The position numbers and the translations under genes were made by a program. The notes under the pieces were generated by a model, which did not search any database, had not been told where the DNA came from, and worked only from the letters and a program-made list of their open reading frames with translations. DNA of 64,000 nucleotides from an uncultured delta proteobacterium (GTDB lineage Bacteria; Desulfobacterota; Binatia; UBA9968): the NCBI GenBank assembly GCA_963745035.1, contig CAVUVW010000019.1, positions 96,001 through 160,000 on the forward strand, read 5' to 3'. Positions within the stretch are counted from its first letter, which is position 1, and each line of letters begins with the position of its first letter. Shown here piece after piece: positions 59,719-64,000 of this stretch.

Positions 59719-60320
59719 AACGCTTTGACTGTTTGAAATCGTTGGCGCCGCTGCTCGACCCGAAAACGATCGTGGTAACCAATGTCGGACCCATTTGCCG
59801 CGAGTGGAACGCGCTGCGTCCCAGCGATGCGAATCTGCTGCAAGTCAATTTGGGCCTGTGTGCGGCGGTCGGACTCGGCGTTGCCGTTTCGCTGCCGCAT
59901 CGGCAGGTGGTGATGCTCGACGGGGACGGTAACTTGTTGCTGAATCTTGCGAGCCTGGCTGATTTGGCGAATCAGAACTTGAATAATGTCTTGCATATCG
60001 TCCTCGATAACGAATCGTACGAAGGTGGTGGTGGGTTAAAGTCGGCCACCGCGGGGAAAGCGGATCTTGCCGCCATAGCCCGCGGTGCCGGGATCGCGAA
60101 CGCCAGTGTCGCCACCACGGTGGATGAATTCGAAACCGTAGCGCGCCGAGCGCTCAACAATCCGGGACATCATTTCATCGTCGCCAAAGTAGAGAAAGGC
60201 AGCGTTGACAAGTTGCCGACCCTCACACTTGACGGCAAGGAGGGCAAGTATCGTTTTGCCCGCCATATCGAAAGCAGCGAAGGCGTGCAGATCCTGCGGC
60301 CGCGCTACACGCATGCCTAA
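59715..60320 (+). CDS. ThDP-dependent decarboxylase beta subunit (ComE-like)
   Basis: DGDGNLLLN..LDN ThDP motif; ATGA overlap. Confidence 0.78.
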   Translation: MKRFDCLKSLAPLLDPKTIVVTNVGPICREWNALRPSDANLLQVNLGLCAAVGLGVAVSLPHRQVVMLDGDGNLLLNLASLADLANQNLNNVLHIVLDNESYEGGGGLKSATAGKADLAAIARGAGIANASVATTVDEFETVARRALNNPGHHFIVAKVEKGSVDKLPTLTLDGKEGKYRFARHIESSEGVQILRPRYTHA

Positions 60321-60394
60321 CAATCGTCCTCGATAAAACGTTCAACCGCTCAAAGAGTATTCTCAGTAGAGATGGCCGGCAACTTCCGGGGGAC

Positions 60395-61360
60395 ATGATG
60401 AAACGCATCGTCAGGATCATAATAATCGTTGCGACTCTAGGGAGCGGGCCGGTTGCGGTATTTGCCGCGGGTCCCGTGCGGGTCGGTGTTCCGAGCCCAT
60501 CCGCGAGCTATTTTCCGCTTATCGTCGCGGCGAAAAAAGGTTTCTATACGCAAGACGCGCTTCAACCCGAGTTCATCACGATGCGTCCATCCATCGTTGC
60601 CGCGGCTCTGACTAACGGTGAGATCCAATACACGACGGCTACCGGGACCGCGGCCGGCGCTATTTTGCGCGGTTTTCCATTCAAGATCGTGACCTATTTT
60701 TCGACGCGCCTGATGGATTCCTTGGTTGTGAAACCGCAGATTAAATCGGTGGCGGATCTACGCGGCAAGATCGTCGCGGTCGACGCTCCCGGCGCGAGCA
60801 CCTACGTCCTGACGGTTTTGATTCTGAGAAAATACCAGGTCGACCCGGAAAAAGACGCCAAAGTGCTGGCCGTCGGCGATGAGGATGTGAGGTTGCAGCA
60901 TCTCAAACAAGGTCAGATCGACGCAGCGATGCTCGGCCCGCAAGGCGTTGTGCTGGCGCGCCGTGCGGGCCTGAAGACTCTTCTCGACGTTGCCGACGAA
61001 ATTGATCTGCCATTTGTCGGCATGGCGACCGCCACGGCTGTGATCGAGCGCCAGCGCAGCGAGCTAAAAAAATTCTTGCTGGCAACCGTGCGTGGTATCC
61101 GCTATTCCAACGACGCGCGTAACCGTAATGAAATGATCGGACTGCTGTCGAGCTGGCTCCGTTTGGATCAGGAAACCGCAGAGCATACGTACAATGTTTT
61201 TATAAAAGGTGTTTCCAAGGATGGGACTTTAAGCCGAGCCGGCATGGAAGCGCTGGTCAACGAGCGTAAGCGGCAGGTGAAGTTTACTGGAGAGGTTCCT
61301 TTGGACCGTGTCTTTGATTTTAGCATCGTCGAAGAAATCAATCGTGAGTTGATAAAATAG
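60395..61360 (+). CDS. ABC substrate-binding protein (NMT1/SsuA-like)
   Basis: Signal peptide, KKGFY, DLRGKIVAV, GQIDAA. Confidence 0.85.
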   Translation: MMKRIVRIIIIVATLGSGPVAVFAAGPVRVGVPSPSASYFPLIVAAKKGFYTQDALQPEFITMRPSIVAAALTNGEIQYTTATGTAAGAILRGFPFKIVTYFSTRLMDSLVVKPQIKSVADLRGKIVAVDAPGASTYVLTVLILRKYQVDPEKDAKVLAVGDEDVRLQHLKQGQIDAAMLGPQGVVLARRAGLKTLLDVADEIDLPFVGMATATAVIERQRSELKKFLLATVRGIRYSNDARNRNEMIGLLSSWLRLDQETAEHTYNVFIKGVSKDGTLSRAGMEALVNERKRQVKFTGEVPLDRVFDFSIVEEINRELIK

Positions 61361-61693
61361 GCGACGAGCTATCGCAAATTTTCTCTAAGACGCGGCGAAA
61401 GAGTCCACGTTCAGTTATTGAATTACCGGGCCTGCTACTGGATGCAACAGTTGATCAGGTTTGAGTTCGAGGAACGCTTCGATTAGCTCAGGGTGAACGT
61501 TCAAAGTTCAGGCGGTTCGCGAGTGAGGGGAAATACCAGTATTGCGAGACTCTCGAAAGCGTCTGCCGCTGTCGCCATAGCGATCAGCCTCGGGAGTGGA
61601 TGCCAAACAGCAGACTGCAAGTTACGCGGTGACAGGTTGAAGCTTAAACCGCTCGTGCTGGGAGATGCCCGCGTGACCTGGTAAAATAATCGA

Positions 61694-62698
61694 ATGGCTA
61701 GTCCTCTAATTTCCTTTCTTACCGGGCTTGGTTCGCGGCGGGTGGTGGAAACGGTCGTGCCCGAGCGGACTTTGGCGGATGTTGTCTTGCCGCCGCAAAC
61801 ACGCCGCACCCTCGATCAGGCGCTCGCGGAAGTGCGCAATCATAATCTGATCTTTCAGCGCTGGGGGTTAGGCGAGCGGCACGCGACTGGTCGCGGGTTG
61901 GCGTTTAACTTCGCAGGACCGCCGGGGACCGGCAAGACAATTTGCGCCGAGGCGATCGCCCATGCGCTCGGCAGAAAGCTTCTTGTCGTCGACTATGCCG
62001 AGGCGGAGTCCATGTGGATCGGTGAGACGCCGAAGAACATCGTCGCAACCTTCCGCGCCGCGGCGGAGCAAAACGCCGTCCTTTTCTTCGATGAGGCGGA
62101 CGCGATCGCGTCGCGCCGTTCATCCGGCTCGCCGATGCGCTACGAGCGGGAGAGCAATCTAACCGTCAACGTCCTCCTGCGCGAGCTGGAGTCTTTCAAC
62201 GGCATCGTGATCTTTGCAACCAATTTGGCCGCCAACTTCGATCCGGCGTTCGAGCGGCGCATACGGACGCATGTGCTCTTTGAAATGCCCGGTGTGGAAG
62301 AGCGAGAACAGATCTGGCAACTACAGATTCATCCGCGTAAGACGCCGCTTGGGCGCGACGTAAATTTTCGCGCGCTGGCGCAACTGTATGCGATGAGCGG
62401 GGGCGACATCAAAAACGCGGTTATCAAAGCCGCCGCTGCGGCCGCAGCAGAGCCGGGATCGGATCTAGGTAAGCACATCACGCAAAGCCATCTGGAAACG
62501 GCGGCGCGTGATGTGCTCGCGGCCAAGACTGTCATGCAGCAGTCGCTCTTCGAAGAGGATACCGCTTCGGGTAACCCAATCAATCTTTGGCAAACGCTTG
62601 AAGCGCGTTGGCGGACCGCAATGATCATAACGCTCGCGCTCTCCGGTACAGCCTTTATCGCCGCGCTGGTGGCGCTGGGTGTAGTTATCCTGCGGTGA
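61694..62698 (+). CDS. Single-domain AAA+ ATPase with a C-terminal TM helix
   Basis: GPPGTGKT, FFDEAD and ATN..DPAFERR motifs; hydrophobic C-terminus. Confidence 0.85.
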   Translation: MASPLISFLTGLGSRRVVETVVPERTLADVVLPPQTRRTLDQALAEVRNHNLIFQRWGLGERHATGRGLAFNFAGPPGTGKTICAEAIAHALGRKLLVVDYAEAESMWIGETPKNIVATFRAAAEQNAVLFFDEADAIASRRSSGSPMRYERESNLTVNVLLRELESFNGIVIFATNLAANFDPAFERRIRTHVLFEMPGVEEREQIWQLQIHPRKTPLGRDVNFRALAQLYAMSGGDIKNAVIKAAAAAAAEPGSDLGKHITQSHLETAARDVLAAKTVMQQSLFEEDTASGNPINLWQTLEARWRTAMIITLALSGTAFIAALVALGVVILR

Positions 62699-62773
62699 CG
62701 GCTCCAACAACGCGCCTTTCCGGTAAGAAAAGTCCCGTCCGGGATGAAGGGCAATCAAGGTCAACGAGCTACG

Positions 62774-63379
62774 ATGAATGACGCGCCAACGATCGAGTTT
62801 TGGTTCGATTTCGCCAGCACGTATTCTTATCCGGCGGCGATGCGCGTCGAAGATGCCGCGCTGCGCTACGGATGCCGCGTCCAGTGGCGGCCGTTTCTTC
62901 TCGGTCCGATTTTCAAATCTCAAGGATGGTCGGATTCGCCGTTCAATATTTATCCGGTCAAAGGGCGGTACATGTGGCGCGATCTGGAGCGGCTGTGTGC
63001 CACCCTGCAAATTCGTTTTCGTAAGCCAAGGGAATTTCCCCGCAACAGCTTGCTCGCAACCCGCATCGCTTCTGCGGGTGAAGACACCGCCTGGCTGCCG
63101 GAGTTCGCACGCAGGGTCTATGCAGCCAATTTCGCCGATGACCGGGACATTGCAGAACCGGCTGTGCTGCTCGAATGCCTGAGTGGGTTAACGCAAGATC
63201 CCGCGGCGATTCTCACAGCCGCACGCGGCCAAGATGCAAAGGCTCAGGTGCGCCGCAACACTGAACGGGCAATTCGACTGGGCATCTTCGGCGCGCCGAC
63301 GTTCGTGGTGGGCGAAGAGTTGTTCTGGGGCAACGATCGGCTGGAGGCGGCCTTGCAGTGGAGCCGAAAGTCAACGTGA
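62774..63379 (+). CDS. 2-hydroxychromene-2-carboxylate isomerase / DsbA (GST-kappa) family
   Basis: FWFDFASTYSY, GIFGAPTF and FWGNDRL motifs. Confidence 0.88.
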   Translation: MNDAPTIEFWFDFASTYSYPAAMRVEDAALRYGCRVQWRPFLLGPIFKSQGWSDSPFNIYPVKGRYMWRDLERLCATLQIRFRKPREFPRNSLLATRIASAGEDTAWLPEFARRVYAANFADDRDIAEPAVLLECLSGLTQDPAAILTAARGQDAKAQVRRNTERAIRLGIFGAPTFVVGEELFWGNDRLEAALQWSRKST

Positions 63380-63417
63380 TGCGGATTACGCACGCGTCTG
63401 CCAGAAGGACCGGTCGT

Positions 63418-64000
63418 TCAAGCCTGCGCTTCCTCTCTATACAAGCCGAACGCTTTTAGGATCGGTTCGTCGTGCATCGAGAAGAGGATTGCTTCTTCCG
63501 TCGAAGATGCGTTCGCGTGCTCGTGCCAGGACCAGAGTGGCACGATGAACGTGTCGCCTTTTTCCCAATGAAATGTTTCACCATTGATGACGGTCGTGCC
63601 GCTGCCGCGGAACGCGTGGTAGATGCTCGTGCTCGTGTGGCGGTGCGATTGGGTATGTTCTTCCGGGCGGAGCATCTGGACGCGGCAAGACATCGTCGGC
63701 AGGGTCGGGCCGCCGGTGGCGGGATTGACGAATTCCAGAGCAGCACCATCGTGGACATTGCCGGGCGTGCGCGCTAAACGCTGCAGCGATGGGTAAGTGT
63801 CCCGCCAATGGTAATGGAGCAACGGCGTTGTCGGCATGTCGTTGCCGATCGGCCGCGTCGTGCCGTGGAAGGTTGCCGGATCGACGGTTTCTTTGACGGG
63901 CAAGCGGCCGGGCTTATAGGGATCGAAGGAAATTTGTTGCAGCGCTTGAACGAAAGGAACGTCGAGACCGTCGATCCAGACCATGTTTTCATCGCCTTCG
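63418..64000 (-). CDS. Gentisate 1,2-dioxygenase-like bicupin, C-terminal part; runs off the window end
   Basis: WIDGLDVP, NPATGG, HRHT and GDTFIVPLWSWHEH motifs. Confidence 0.85.
   Translation of the reverse strand, partial: EGDENMVWIDGLDVPFVQALQQISFDPYKPGRLPVKETVDPATFHGTTRPIGNDMPTTPLLHYHWRDTYPSLQRLARTPGNVHDGAALEFVNPATGGPTLPTMSCRVQMLRPEEHTQSHRHTSTSIYHAFRGSGTTVINGETFHWEKGDTFIVPLWSWHEHANASSTEEAILFSMHDEPILKAFGLYREEAQA

Noticed and set aside
61694-62698. Contractile injection system ATPase (Afp15-like)
   Set aside because: No sheath, tube or baseplate genes nearby.

Overview
GC-rich bacterial chromosomal segment. The gene content (many orphan NMT1/THI5-like and Fe/thiamine-type solute-binding proteins, amidohydrolases, crotonases, LLM oxidoreductase) resembles Candidatus Binatota or related uncultured deltaproteobacterial lineages; this is inference only. 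From left to right it carries: a propionate/acrylate catabolic neighbourhood (carboxyltransferase, amidase, prpB-prpD-prpC, acuI-like reductase, double CaiB CoA-transferase); a REP-flanked GIY-YIG nuclease; a thiolase/DUF35 pair; a 3 kb nested insertion inside one intergenic palindrome; a cluster of solute-binding proteins, three crotonase paralogues, a CoA ligase and two alpha/beta hydrolases; a MacAB/LolCDE-like ABC exporter; a more AT-rich surface-polysaccharide locus (glycosyltransferases, epimerase, FkbM, Wzm/Wzt); and asparaginase, LLM, ComDE-like, AAA ATPase, DsbA-like and gentisate dioxygenase-like genes. At least 7 genes carry single-base frameshifts that look like long-read errors. 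The best candidate for an undescribed system is 18150-19823. It is a single-gene element inserted cleanly, with no target duplication and no terminal inverted repeats, into a short palindromic repeat. Its 527-aa protein has Rep_trans-like rolling-circle motifs and a C-terminal winged helix. Next to it are an IS30 inserted in a REP that supplies its stop codon, and several other REP/MITE families. No tRNA, rRNA or CRISPR array was seen.
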